From: Mytilus trossulus
Taxonomy: Eukaryota
Reading direction: 5' to 3'
Assembly: GCF_036588685.1 (NCBI RefSeq)
Contig: NC_086373.1
Span: forward strand, 41,602,001 to 41,666,000
DNA length: 64,000 nt
Numbering within the stretch: position 1 is the first letter of the stretch; the number at the start of each line of letters is the position of its first letter. This document shows, piece after piece, positions 63,941-64,000 of the stretch. The position numbers were made by a program, and so were the translations under genes. Below the pieces are notes generated by a model that saw only the letters and a list, made by a program, of their open reading frames with translations, made no database searches and had not been told where the DNA came from.

Positions 63941-64000
63941 TAGGTATGCAAAATACATATTTTATTTCAACTTGTTTGAACAATGTTATTTTGTTCTTCG

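Overview
AT-rich metazoan genomic DNA. Its short interspersed repeats resemble ones I recall from mussel (Mytilus-type bivalve) genomes, which I have not verified. Nearly the whole window is one gene-family cluster built by inverted and tandem duplication. There are ten copies of a 677-699 nt terminal exon. The full genes have three exons: a short non-coding exon 1 behind TATAAAAG, a 58-nt coding signal-peptide exon with a phase-1 intron, and the terminal exon. They encode a ~247-aa secreted Gly/Ser/Arg-rich protein ending in a six-cysteine WAP-like module. The genes fall into two classes (A and B) arranged as four head-to-head A/B pairs. Each pair shares a 3.3-3.9 kb divergent promoter carrying an old MITE and a 26-bp VNTR (1, ~22, 20 and 17 copies) whose unit contains GATA/CCAAT/Sox-like motifs. 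Seven genes are complete and intact in the window, one is cut by the window edge, one is frameshifted, and one is an orphan terminal exon from a recent 3697-bp tandem duplication. Five promoterless class C fragments lie convergent to class B 3' ends; three of them keep a spliced 38-aa signal-peptide micro-ORF. Copy-specific minisatellites, TTAA-flanked MITEs, a foldback element, retro-like insertions and a 5.5-kb insertion complete the window. I found no prokaryotic features, RNA genes or CRISPR arrays.
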